Shown one piece after another: positions 1 through 9,265 of a stretch of 22,159 nucleotides of DNA. The DNA is taken from NCBI GenBank assembly GCA_031409335.1, contig JANNWY010000118.1:1-22159 (forward strand), written 5' to 3'. How positions within the stretch are numbered: the first letter of the stretch is position 1; each line of letters starts with the position of its first letter. The translations under genes and the position numbers were made by a program. The notes beneath the pieces were generated by a model. It was given only the letters and a program-made list of their open reading frames with translations. It searched no databases and was not told where the DNA came from. This DNA is from Chthoniobacteraceae bacterium (lineage in GTDB: Bacteria; Verrucomicrobiota; Verrucomicrobiia; Chthoniobacterales; Chthoniobacteraceae).

Positions 1-324
1 AAGCGGAGCCCCCTCGGCAGAACCACCCACAAAGCAGCTCCCGTATTGACCTCAATCCCCGAATCATCCACCACTCTCACACGCCACCCCGCCATAGCTT
101 AATTGCTAGCCACTCTGGCCGGATTCCGGGGTCCACCTCAATCACCGCACCAGACAACAACCAGACAGCGTTTGATCGCAACCCGAACCGCTTTGCTCCG
201 TTGCCAGAACGACGGATTGGCCCGAACGCACCTCGCCACCTTCACTGGAAAACGGCTTGAGTCGCGGTGCTGGGATGCTAAAACTCGCGTCTCTGAAAAA
301 TCAGACTTTTCCAAAATTCTTCGC

Positions 325-1557
325 ATGAACGTCCAGAAGATGATGCGGCTCGATCGGTGGTTGGGCGTGCCCTCGTGCATCGCCATCACGGCACTGCGCT
401 CGGTCCTTCCGCGCGGCAAGCTGGCGAGTGCGCCGCGCTCGATTCTTTTTGTGAAGCTGGCGGAACAGGGCTCGACGGTGCTGGCGCATGACGCTTTGCG
501 GGAGGCGGTGCGGCGCGTGGGGCGCGAGCGTGTTTTCATGGCGGTGTTTGAGGATAATCGCTTCATCCTTGATGCGCTCGATGTGATCCCGCGGGAGAAC
601 GTCATCACGCTTCCAAGCGACAGTCTCTTCAGCCTGCTGCGCGCGGTGCTGCCAGTCCTCGCGCGAATGCGGAAGCTGCGGCTGGATGCGGCGATCGATC
701 TGGAATTTTTCGCGCGCTCCTCGGCGCTGCTGACGTGGGCGAGTGGCGCAGCGACGCGGGTGGGATTTCACGCGTGGTTTGGCGAAGGGCCTTATCGCGG
801 CGACTTGATGACGCATCGCGTGCGCTACAATCCGCACCTGCATACGACGCAGACTTTCACATCGCTGGTGAGGGCGCTGGATGTCGCGCCGGAGAATTTC
901 CCGACCTTCGATCTGGTGCCGGATACCGCGCAGGATGCGCTCCCGTTTTTCGCCGCGGAGCCTTCCGAGATTCGTGAAATGAAAGAACGACTCATTCGCC
1001 GCACCGGAGTGCATGTCGTGCCGCCGCTCATTTTGTTGAATGCGAATGCGAGCGATTTGATTCCGCTGCGACGGTGGAGTTTGGAGAGTTACGTCGAGGT
1101 CGCGCAGCGATTGCTCGTCCGCTTTCCAGAGGCGCACATCGCTTTCACAGGCGCGAAGGATGAAGCGGAAAAGGCGCTGGCTCTCGTCGCCCGCGTCGGC
1201 TCGCCGCGTTGCTTTTCGCTTGCAGGCGAGACGACACTGCGGCAGCTCCTGGTGCTTTACGGCCAGGCCGATGTGCTGGTCACGAATGACAGCGGCCCCG
1301 CGCATTTCGCGGCACTCACCCCGATCCATACCGTCACGCTTTTCGGGCCGGAGACACCGCTGCTTTTCGCGGCGCTCACGTCGCGCAACACCCCGCTCTG
1401 GGCAGGCATCGCGTGCAGCCCGTGTGTGAGCGCGCTGAACAACCGCCAGTCCGCCTGCACCGACAACGTCTGCATGCAGCGAATCACACCGGATCAGGTT
1501 TTCCAGGCCGTCTGCAAAAGCTACCTGGAACGCCAGTCTGGAAAGCAGGCGGCTTGA
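325..1557 (+). CDS. Glycosyltransferase family 9 (ADP-heptose:LPS heptosyltransferase-like), about 410 aa
   Basis: ATG at 325 (MNVQKMMRLDRW). GT9 motifs: ILFVKLAEQGSTVL, DAAIDL, RRWSLESY, LAGETTLRQL, LVTNDSGPAHFAA, TVTLFGPE, and C-terminal CSPC..C...CM. The track start at 103 is probably an upstream extension. Confidence 0.88.
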   Translation: MNVQKMMRLDRWLGVPSCIAITALRSVLPRGKLASAPRSILFVKLAEQGSTVLAHDALREAVRRVGRERVFMAVFEDNRFILDALDVIPRENVITLPSDSLFSLLRAVLPVLARMRKLRLDAAIDLEFFARSSALLTWASGAATRVGFHAWFGEGPYRGDLMTHRVRYNPHLHTTQTFTSLVRALDVAPENFPTFDLVPDTAQDALPFFAAEPSEIREMKERLIRRTGVHVVPPLILLNANASDLIPLRRWSLESYVEVAQRLLVRFPEAHIAFTGAKDEAEKALALVARVGSPRCFSLAGETTLRQLLVLYGQADVLVTNDSGPAHFAALTPIHTVTLFGPETPLLFAALTSRNTPLWAGIACSPCVSALNNRQSACTDNVCMQRITPDQVFQAVCKSYLERQSGKQAA

Positions 1558-3032
1558 ATCGGGGCATTCTGCTTTTCGCCGCCGCGCTCTTCCTGCTGCG
1601 CGTCGCGTTCCTCGCGCAGACAGATCTTTTTCCCGAGGAATCGTACTACTGGAATTACGCCGTCCATCTCGACATCGGCTATCTCGATCATCCGCCGATG
1701 GTCGCGTGGCTCATCCACGCGGGCACCGCGATCTTTGGCGACGGCCCGTTCGGCATTCGCGTCGCCGTCGTGCTGTGTTCGCTCGTCACCGCATTTTTCA
1801 CGTATCGACTCACCGCGCTGCTGTTCGATGCGCGCGCCGCCGCGACCGCGGTGCTGCTCGTGCAATTGCTCCCGTTCTTTTTCCTCACCGGATTCATGAT
1901 CACGCCCGACGCCCCGCTCGCCGCGTGCTGGGCGGGCGGCCTCTACTTTCTCGCGCTCGCGCTGCTGCGCGAAAAAGCGGGCGCGTGGTTCGGGCTCGGC
2001 GCGTGTCTCGGGCTCGGGATGCTCTCGAAATACACCATCGCGCTCATTGGCCCGGCGACGCTGCTTTTCATCACGCTCGATGCGCGCGCGCGGCGCTGGT
2101 GGCGGCATCCCGCGCCGTACGCGGCAGTCGCGTTTTCCATCGTCATCTTTTCGCCGGTCATCATTTGGAATGCGCGTCACGACTGGGCTTCGTTCGCTTT
2201 TCAAAGCGCGGATCGGGTCGCTGAGGCGCGGCGCTTTTCGACGCACGAGCTGCTCGCCGCGATCCTCGCGCTGCTCACGCCGCTCATCTTGGTACTCGTG
2301 TGGAAAGCGCTGCGCGGCGTGCCGGGCGAAGACGCGCGCCGCCGTTTGTTCGCGCGCATCTACACGCTCGTGCCACTTTCGGTCTTCGTGATCTTCAGCC
2401 TCACCCATCGCGTGAAGCTGAACTGGACCGGCCCACTCTGGCTCGCTGCGATCCCCGCCGTCGCTGCCGGATTGGTCGCGCTGGCGGAACGGCCGACCGG
2501 CTTTCTCAGCCGCGCGTGGACCGCGACCGTCGCGGTGCTCGTGCTCGTCCACGTCACATTCCTCACGCATCTCGCGTTCGGTTTTCCATGGATCGGCTAC
2601 GCGAAAGACATGGCGCTGCTGCCGGTCGGCTGGTCCGAAATGGGCCGCGCGCTCGAAGCGCAGCGCGCCGCAATCCCCGCGCCGCCAAATGGCAAAGTCC
2701 TGCTCGTCGGGCTAGACCGAAACTTCATCGCCAGCCAGGCCGCGTACTATCATTCGCGACCGCGCGAAGCCGTCCGCGAAACCACCGGCGCACATCTCTT
2801 CGGCAGCCGCGCGCTGATGTATGAATACTGGTTTCCGCCGCGCGAGCAGACCGGCGCGACGCTGCTTCTAGTCAGCTTCAACAAAGGCGACCTTGATCGC
2901 CGCCGCGTGCGCGATCGCACCGAACGGCGCGGTGAAATCGAAGAACACTGGATCGAGCGCGACGGAAAAAGGGTGCGTCCGTATTTCACTCGCGTCGTGG
3001 AAAACTACCGGCCCGGCGAATCCGCGCGCTGA
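1554..3032 (+). CDS. ArnT/PMT-like (GT39/GT83-type) integral membrane glycosyltransferase
   Basis: TTG at 1554 overlaps the upstream TGA (TTGA), suggesting translational coupling. Motifs: LFPEESYYW, GYLDHPPMVAW, ITPDAPL, GLGMLSKYT, PVIIWNARHDWASFAFQ. Many TM segments. Confidence 0.85.
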   Translation: MNRGILLFAAALFLLRVAFLAQTDLFPEESYYWNYAVHLDIGYLDHPPMVAWLIHAGTAIFGDGPFGIRVAVVLCSLVTAFFTYRLTALLFDARAAATAVLLVQLLPFFFLTGFMITPDAPLAACWAGGLYFLALALLREKAGAWFGLGACLGLGMLSKYTIALIGPATLLFITLDARARRWWRHPAPYAAVAFSIVIFSPVIIWNARHDWASFAFQSADRVAEARRFSTHELLAAILALLTPLILVLVWKALRGVPGEDARRRLFARIYTLVPLSVFVIFSLTHRVKLNWTGPLWLAAIPAVAAGLVALAERPTGFLSRAWTATVAVLVLVHVTFLTHLAFGFPWIGYAKDMALLPVGWSEMGRALEAQRAAIPAPPNGKVLLVGLDRNFIASQAAYYHSRPREAVRETTGAHLFGSRALMYEYWFPPREQTGATLLLVSFNKGDLDRRRVRDRTERRGEIEEHWIERDGKRVRPYFTRVVENYRPGESAR

Positions 3033-3034
3033 GT

Positions 3035-6000
3035 CTATTCAAACAAAACCGAACCCGACTTGGCCAAGCCACGAAAAAAGCCCGCGCCGCGGAGATCGGG
3101 CTGAACGATCGCACCGAGAAAGCGCACGGCTTTGTGCTCTCCGGGCGGAATAAACGTGCCGCTGAACAAGCCCGTCGCGGTCGAGAGCGTCATCGTCAAA
3201 CCCGATCCCCCCGGTGCGGTAATCGTATTTTTGTCGGTCAGCCCGACTGTGATCGCCGCGCTCAATGACGGGACATCGCTACCGCCGAAAACGATTTGCA
3301 TCGGACCGGTCGTGCTGAAGACCGGACGCTGCGCGGAATAGCGCGCGCCCGACGCCGCAATTGCGGTCACAAAGGCCTCGCGATGCACCGCACCACGCGC
3401 CAGCGCGGGCTTCTCCCAGCGCGCCGGACTGGTCGAAGAAACGCGTCCATCGTCCGCGAATCTCATCCAGCCAAGCAGCGCGCCCGAGCCGCGATACAAC
3501 CAACCCAGCAGCGGCCACTCGCCGTCCGCGGAAATCCTTGCTCCGTGCGAAAAGACCGTCCCATCCGGCAGGTTTCCGATGAACTCAACCGTGCCCGTAT
3601 TCGACACGACTGCACGACCGAAACCAACGCCGCGCGGAGCCGCCGCGTCGCCTGAGTCCGGCGGCAGCAGAAGAGTGTAAGCACCGCGATACGGACACGG
3701 CGCGGCTGCCGTCCAGACGCGAGATCGCACGAACCGCACGCTGGCCACGGGTTCTCCACCGAGCCGCAAAAATCCGGTTCCGGTGCCGTCCCGGGAAAGC
3801 GAAAGATCAGACCAATCGACGATTCCATCGAACTCGGTGATCTGCCCGCTCGCGATTCCATCCGCGGAAAAATGCCCGCGCACCGCACCGCGTTTTGCGC
3901 CAAGGGTCAGCGTGCCGGTGAATTCACCGCGGACATTCACAGCCAGCCCGAGAGAGCCGGAATCCTTGTGCGCAAAATCACCGAACGGCGTGACGATCCC
4001 GGTCCAGTTTCCGCGCGCTTCGAGATAAATCGCCGGCGAAGTGGTGGCGCTGACCACGTCACTCCACGCGGACGTTCCATCGAAATTGGAACTCGAGACG
4101 CGGAAAAACCGCTGCGTTTGGGGAGGCAAACCAGTGATGTCGATGGTGGTGATATCGCCGGACACGGTGGCGATCGTCGCCCAATTCGTGAGTCCATCCG
4201 CACTCCGGTCGATGCCGTATCCGGTTTCGCCGGAAACATTCTCCCAACTCAACCGGATGGAGGACACCGATATGGCAGTCGCCGTCACATTTCGCGGCGT
4301 GCGCGGTTTGGGTGCCGCAGCCGCCGCGGACGGATGGCTGTCGCCATTCGCACCCAGCGCGATGATGCGATACCTCGCGCCGGAGGCAAAGTCGTTGTCG
4401 AAAAACTGCGTCACATTCGCGTCCACGGTGCCAATGGGCGCCCAGGTTTCGTCCGCATTGCCGCGACGCTCGACGCGGTAGCCGAGTTCATTCCTCACAT
4501 CCGCCCACGAGAGCTGCGTCCGCGAGTCGGAGATTCGCACGACGCTGAGAGCCGCAGGCTGGCTCGGCGGAAGCGGACCCGGCCCTGGCAGCAGCCGTGC
4601 GAGACCCGTGCGGGGCTGCCCATTCACGCTGCTGAAATCCCCGATGATTTCGATGCGTCCATCGGAAAGGACTGCGACCTGCCGGACGGCGGCGTCCACG
4701 TATCCAGTGTCAAAAGTCGGATCAATGGTTCCATCGGAGTTGAGCCGGATCACGCGATTGCATGGAATGTCGGCAGGCGACGTCTGACGTGATGTGAAGT
4801 CGCCGGCAACGATCAGCTTCCCATCGGCCTGCAACGCGACATGCGAAATCTCATCGATCGTCTGGAAGCCATGGCCTTTCCAACTAAGCAAGTAGTGCGG
4901 AGAACTACCATCACCTCGAATCTGCGGAACGTTCTTGAGCACCGCCGCGAAGTCGCCGTCCGGGAGTTCGAAAATGCGGTGGAGGAAAAGACCTGATACC
5001 GGAGCTATCGGAGGGAAAAACAGATCAATCTGATTTTCCGCCAAGTCTTCCTTTCGCCCATCGTCCAGCAAACTAACAAACGCTCTGGTCCGCTGAAGAC
5101 CAGTCGGATTCGAGACGAGGAAAATTCTGCCATCTGGACGAAACGCCCAATCGAAGATCGAAAACTTCGCCGGGATTTCGGGCAGGAAGTTTCCATCGGT
5201 CGTGCCGGCGGCGTTGAGCCGCGCGATGCCCCCGCGCGGCACGCCGTTGAAATGCGTGAATGATCCGCGAACGACGAGACGATCATGGTCGTCGAAATGC
5301 AGCGCGGTTGCCGGAAGAATACCCAGTCCGCCGCCCGAGGTGGACGATGTTTCATAGCCAAAACCGGGATCGAGCGAGCCGTCTTCCCGGATCAGCGCCG
5401 TCTTCGTCCAAGGCGCGCCGTTGATCGCGGTATAAGGCGGATTCGTACTCAAGAAAAGGCCGTCGCGACTTGCCACGATCGCTCCATCCGAACGGATCGC
5501 GACCGCGCTGATCGCACCCGTGCGCGACGCTTCCGCGAATGATGCACCCGCACTGCCGTCTGTCTCCAGCCACCGCAATTTTGGCCGCAGGGAATTTCCC
5601 ACGCTTGTTTGCGGGATGAGGGCGCGACCGTTGCCGCTGATCAAAAAATAGTCGCTCGCGCCGACCGTCACCGCCGCGCGGGTCCACGCTTCATCCAGCG
5701 CCCCGGTGGCATCGTACCTCAACAAGTGCGCGCTCAGGGAACCCGCCGTGGTGGGGACCGTCACGGCACTCGAAAACTCAATCGTCACCGAGCCGTCCGC
5801 GAGAGCGGACATTCGCCGGAAAAGATTGTTCGAGATTTGCGGGAAGACCGGAAACTGGATCGCCGCAAACGACGGATCGACCGAACCATCGGCCAGCAAA
5901 CGGAGAACCTGCACCTGATTTCCTCCGACGACCAAGCCCGCCACAGCCACCAAAGTGGTCCCGCCCGGCCCGGCTGCGGCAGCGATCACACTCCCGGCCG

Positions 6001-6787
6001 GCAAACCCATCGGTACCCACGGATCGAGAGTGAGGTCTGGTTTCAAGCGCGCCAAACCGGGCCGCAATCCGCTCACATTCACGCCCGTGTTTGTTGAAGT
6101 AAAACGTCCCCAAACAGTCACTGAGCCATCCGCGAACGGCACCAGGCCGCTGATGGATCCATTGAAAGACGGTGCGAGACCAGTGACGGTCATCAGGCCG
6201 ATTCCGTGAACGGACAAAGTCAGAGTCGACGGGCCAGCGACGCCGATTCTCTCGGAGGTCGCCATGACGTAAAAGAACGCACGATCGGAAGCAGCGACTC
6301 GGGTGATACGCGTTGCGTAGTATCCAAACTGACTATCGCTCGCACTGGGAAGAATCTGACTTTCGACGGTTCCATCCGATTTCAGGATCGTGAGCTGAGT
6401 TCCGTTATCCGGTCCTAGATCAAAGTTGACGGTGCCACTCGGCCCGGAGCAAACCGCCACGCGGCCATCCGGCAGCGCGCCGACGGAAAAGACATCCATG
6501 TTTTCCCGCAGCGAAAACTGCGGGACACCCTGCGCATCCACGCTCCCGTCTTCATTCATCAGAGCGACGCCGCGCCGGGCCGCGCCATTCACAAAATGGA
6601 ACGAGCCCGCGACCAAAACCTTTCCGCCCGGAGCCGGTACGGCGAGGGAAAAGCCACCCTCCGTGGTGAACATCGGCGCGAAATCGGGATCGAGCGCACC
6701 GGCCTGCCCGCGCGCCCACGGTGTGATCGCGAGCATGAGGATTTGGAGAGAAAGATGAACAAGGGGAAGCCGTCGCACCGGGAACAT
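3035..6787 (-). CDS. Large exported protein (1250 aa): delta-60 repeat beta-propeller region, two fibronectin type III domains, and an uncharacterised beta-rich C-terminal region of about 330 aa
   Basis: Signal peptide-like N-terminus. Recurrent delta-60-type units (GALDPDF, DGSVDPSF, DGSLDPGF, ALQADGKLIVAGDFT, RLNSDGTIDPTF). FN3-like LSWADVRNELGYRVERR and LSWENVSGETGYGIDRS...GLPPQTQRFFRV. Confidence 0.8.
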   Translation of the reverse strand: MFPVRRLPLVHLSLQILMLAITPWARGQAGALDPDFAPMFTTEGGFSLAVPAPGGKVLVAGSFHFVNGAARRGVALMNEDGSVDAQGVPQFSLRENMDVFSVGALPDGRVAVCSGPSGTVNFDLGPDNGTQLTILKSDGTVESQILPSASDSQFGYYATRITRVAASDRAFFYVMATSERIGVAGPSTLTLSVHGIGLMTVTGLAPSFNGSISGLVPFADGSVTVWGRFTSTNTGVNVSGLRPGLARLKPDLTLDPWVPMGLPAGSVIAAAAGPGGTTLVAVAGLVVGGNQVQVLRLLADGSVDPSFAAIQFPVFPQISNNLFRRMSALADGSVTIEFSSAVTVPTTAGSLSAHLLRYDATGALDEAWTRAAVTVGASDYFLISGNGRALIPQTSVGNSLRPKLRWLETDGSAGASFAEASRTGAISAVAIRSDGAIVASRDGLFLSTNPPYTAINGAPWTKTALIREDGSLDPGFGYETSSTSGGGLGILPATALHFDDHDRLVVRGSFTHFNGVPRGGIARLNAAGTTDGNFLPEIPAKFSIFDWAFRPDGRIFLVSNPTGLQRTRAFVSLLDDGRKEDLAENQIDLFFPPIAPVSGLFLHRIFELPDGDFAAVLKNVPQIRGDGSSPHYLLSWKGHGFQTIDEISHVALQADGKLIVAGDFTSRQTSPADIPCNRVIRLNSDGTIDPTFDTGYVDAAVRQVAVLSDGRIEIIGDFSSVNGQPRTGLARLLPGPGPLPPSQPAALSVVRISDSRTQLSWADVRNELGYRVERRGNADETWAPIGTVDANVTQFFDNDFASGARYRIIALGANGDSHPSAAAAAPKPRTPRNVTATAISVSSIRLSWENVSGETGYGIDRSADGLTNWATIATVSGDITTIDITGLPPQTQRFFRVSSSNFDGTSAWSDVVSATTSPAIYLEARGNWTGIVTPFGDFAHKDSGSLGLAVNVRGEFTGTLTLGAKRGAVRGHFSADGIASGQITEFDGIVDWSDLSLSRDGTGTGFLRLGGEPVASVRFVRSRVWTAAAPCPYRGAYTLLLPPDSGDAAAPRGVGFGRAVVSNTGTVEFIGNLPDGTVFSHGARISADGEWPLLGWLYRGSGALLGWMRFADDGRVSSTSPARWEKPALARGAVHREAFVTAIAASGARYSAQRPVFSTTGPMQIVFGGSDVPSLSAAITVGLTDKNTITAPGGSGLTMTLSTATGLFSGTFIPPGEHKAVRFLGAIVQPDLRGAGFFRGLAKSGSVLFE

Positions 6788-6900
6788 AGGCTGAAAGTTC
6801 GCCGCAGAACGCCATTCCGCAACAGCTTCGCAAAACGTGCGCTATCCGAGCGGCGCGCCAGGCTTTCGTTGGGCACGGCCAGTCATGTAGCGTCGCGCGG

Positions 6901-7713
6901 ATGAACGAGACCGTCACCACCCGCATCATCCGCTACGAGGCGGGCGAGATTCTCGAAGAACGCGCCGACCTGCTGGCGCGCGAGGAGCCGCTCGAAATCC
7001 GCATCGAGGGCCACACGATCACCGTCACGATGCGCACGCCCGGCTGCGACCGCGAACTCGCCGCCGGCTTTCTCCTCACGGAAGGCATCGTGAAATCCGC
7101 GCGCGATATATTCGACATCACGACCTGCGTGAACGCGGGCACATCGGGAACTGGCAACGCGATCGACATCGCCCTGCGAAACCCCGCCGCGTTCGATCCA
7201 GAGAAGCTTTCGCGGCATGTGCTCACTTCATCGAGCTGCGGAATGTGCGGGCGGACGGCGATCGACGCCGCGATGAAACGCCGCCAGCCGCTGCGTGACC
7301 GCGTGTGCATTTCCGCGGAGCTGCTCTTCTCGCTCCCACGCACGTTGAGCCAGGAACAGAAGACTTTTCAAACCACCGGCGGCTTGCACGCGTGCGCGCT
7401 GTTCGATCGCGCGGGCGGGCTCGTGGCGATCCGCGAGGACGTGGGGCGGCACAATGCGTTCGACAAATTGATCGGCTTCGCGCTGCTCGAAAAGCGCACG
7501 CCATTGCGCGGCCACATCGCGCTGCTGAGTGGACGCGCTTCTTTCGAGATGATGCAGAAAGCGCACGCTGCGGGCATCGCGATCGTCGCGGCGATTTCCG
7601 CGCCGAGCAGTCTCGCGGTCGAGTTTGCCAGGAAGAGCGGGCAGACGCTCGCGGGCTTTCTGCGCGGGCGCTCGATGAACGTGTATTCCGGCAGCAGGCG
7701 CATCGCGTCGTAA
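6901..7713 (+). CDS. fdhD: Formate dehydrogenase accessory sulfurtransferase FdhD
   Basis: EEPLEIRI, TMRTPG.D.ELAAGFLLTEG, SSSCGMCG, TGGLHACALF, REDVGRHNAFDKLIG, SGRASFEM, SAPSSLAVE. Confidence 0.95.
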   Translation: MNETVTTRIIRYEAGEILEERADLLAREEPLEIRIEGHTITVTMRTPGCDRELAAGFLLTEGIVKSARDIFDITTCVNAGTSGTGNAIDIALRNPAAFDPEKLSRHVLTSSSCGMCGRTAIDAAMKRRQPLRDRVCISAELLFSLPRTLSQEQKTFQTTGGLHACALFDRAGGLVAIREDVGRHNAFDKLIGFALLEKRTPLRGHIALLSGRASFEMMQKAHAAGIAIVAAISAPSSLAVEFARKSGQTLAGFLRGRSMNVYSGSRRIAS

Positions 7714-7794
7714 AGTAGGCGAGGTTTTTAACCTCGCACCGGTGCGCGGCACTTTTTCCGGCCGCCGCGCGAGGTTGAAAACCTCGCCTACTTT
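7712..7794. repeat. Inverted pair of GTAG-type REP-like palindromes (REPIN-like doublet)
   Basis: 7712-7737 AAAGTAGGCGAGGTTTTTAACCTCGC and 7769-7794 are reverse complements at 25/26 nt. Each arm is GTAG followed by the hairpin GCGAGGTT-3nt-AACCTCGC. Lies between convergent genes. Confidence 0.85.
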
Positions 7795-7855
7795 GGCCGC
7801 TTTCTTCGCGAGGCGGGCACGCGCGGGCAAGCGTCCGCGGGCACCCACCCCGCGT

Positions 7856-8266
7856 TTATGAAACGATCGTCTTTTCTTCGGAGAGCTTGATCACGCGGCC
7901 TTCCGGATCGCGGAAGTTCGTGTACGGCCCGACCGTGGTGACGATGATGCCGCGCCGGCGCAATTCACCGAGCACCGCATCGTGATTTTTCATCGAAATA
8001 TAGAGATGGAAATAGCTGACCATTTCGCCGTGCTCGGCCATGCGGATCGTGATTGGCACGCCGCCGAGGACGATTTCTGAATACCGATCGGCGCGCTCGC
8101 TCAAGACCTCCGCGCCTAGAAGATTCACGTAAAAATCGCGCACGTCCTTCCAGCATTGAGTGAAAACGGTGATGGAATAGCAGCTCGCCGCGGCTGCAAT
8201 CGAGCCGCTGGAAATCGCCGTGGGTGCGGCGGCGATCTCATCTGGCAAACTGGTAGTCAAAGTCAT
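7856..8266 (-). CDS. VOC (glyoxalase/bleomycin resistance) family protein
   Basis: ITVFT..WKDVRDFYVNLLG near the N-terminus, FHLYI in the middle and NFRDPEGRVIKL at the C-terminus are typical of the VOC fold. 136 aa. Confidence 0.75.
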   Translation of the reverse strand: MTLTTSLPDEIAAAPTAISSGSIAAAASCYSITVFTQCWKDVRDFYVNLLGAEVLSERADRYSEIVLGGVPITIRMAEHGEMVSYFHLYISMKNHDAVLGELRRRGIIVTTVGPYTNFRDPEGRVIKLSEEKTIVS

Positions 8267-8347
8267 GCCAACCTGTTTTAGCAGTCGGCGTGCTAGCTTC
8301 TGCCGGCTGTTATAGAAATTATTGTTTCCGTGTCAGATAACGCCGTT

Positions 8348-9265
8348 TCAGTGAGTGGCAACGACCTCGCGCTGAAGCGCGCGCAGCGATTCGGCAACCG
8401 TGGTGAGATCGCCAACGATCACAAACATGCGGAACCGATAGTCGCCCGGGGTGATGCCCTCAGCGTCACGAACGCGGAAAACGCAGTTCCATTTCACGAC
8501 TTTCTCGGCGGAAAAGCGGAACCGCCCAAACGTCGGGCCAGTCGTCCGGGGCGCATTTTGCGGTGGAGAAAAAATGCCCATCGCGTGCGCGCCATCCGCT
8601 GTCGCGAGCACGACCGGATGCGGCACCTCGCCCGGCCCGTCGCTGAGTGCGTCGAGTGCGCCGGTCTGCGGATTGAATTGCTGGAACGCCGAAAACTCCG
8701 GCGGCATGTAGCCGGTCAGAGCCTCGAAAACCGCGTGCGTGTGCCGCTCGCCCGCAGGCAGTTTGAAACTCACGTCGTAGCTGATGACGTGCGGCAAATC
8801 CTTGTGGCCGATCCGCACGCGCTTCGTGAGCAGGTGATCGGAAAGCACCGTCGTGTTTTTCGCAAGCTGTCCGCCGGAACGTTCGCCTGGCGCGAGCCAG
8901 AAGGCCATCTGCGTCCGTGTCTCCAGCGCATTACCCTCCGCTTTCTGCGAAAGGAGAATGCTGGAACTTTTCGGTCCCGCGCCATCACGGGCCGAGCCTG
9001 CTTCGGTCGGGTTGAATGTCTCGTTCAAGATCGGTGTGCCGAAGTCGAAATTGGACGCTGACTGCAATTGCCGCCCGTGATCGTGCGAGTCGATGAACTC
9101 CTTCCCTCCCCAAGTCAGCGAATGAATCGCGCCCGCGCAGCGCGTCGTCGCGGTGATGACGATCTCGGATTTCCCCGCCACGCCACGGATCGTCGAATCG
9201 CCGGACGGCGGCGGCGCAGCACGCGCGCAGACGGCGAGCGCGATCAGTGCTGCCAATCGTTTCAC
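8348..9265 (-). CDS. Exported hypothetical protein, about 305 aa
   Basis: GTG at 9265 overlaps the upstream TGA (GTGA). Signal peptide KRLAALIALAVCARA. Globular, beta-rich body (AGAIHSLTWGGKEFIDSHDHGRQLQSA). Function not recognised. Confidence 0.75.
   Translation of the reverse strand: MKRLAALIALAVCARAAPPPSGDSTIRGVAGKSEIVITATTRCAGAIHSLTWGGKEFIDSHDHGRQLQSASNFDFGTPILNETFNPTEAGSARDGAGPKSSSILLSQKAEGNALETRTQMAFWLAPGERSGGQLAKNTTVLSDHLLTKRVRIGHKDLPHVISYDVSFKLPAGERHTHAVFEALTGYMPPEFSAFQQFNPQTGALDALSDGPGEVPHPVVLATADGAHAMGIFSPPQNAPRTTGPTFGRFRFSAEKVVKWNCVFRVRDAEGITPGDYRFRMFVIVGDLTTVAESLRALQREVVATH

Noticed and set aside
1..324. Track ORF extension from 103, and a possible minus-strand ORF starting at 95
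   Set aside because: The extension has no GT9 character and ATG 325 fits better. The minus-strand reading is too short and unrecognisable to call. No RNA motif identified.
8280..8296. Sigma54-like element on the minus strand (TAGCACGCCGACTGCT) before the VOC gene
   Set aside because: The near-invariant -24 GG is AG and the -12 is CTGC, too weak to support.
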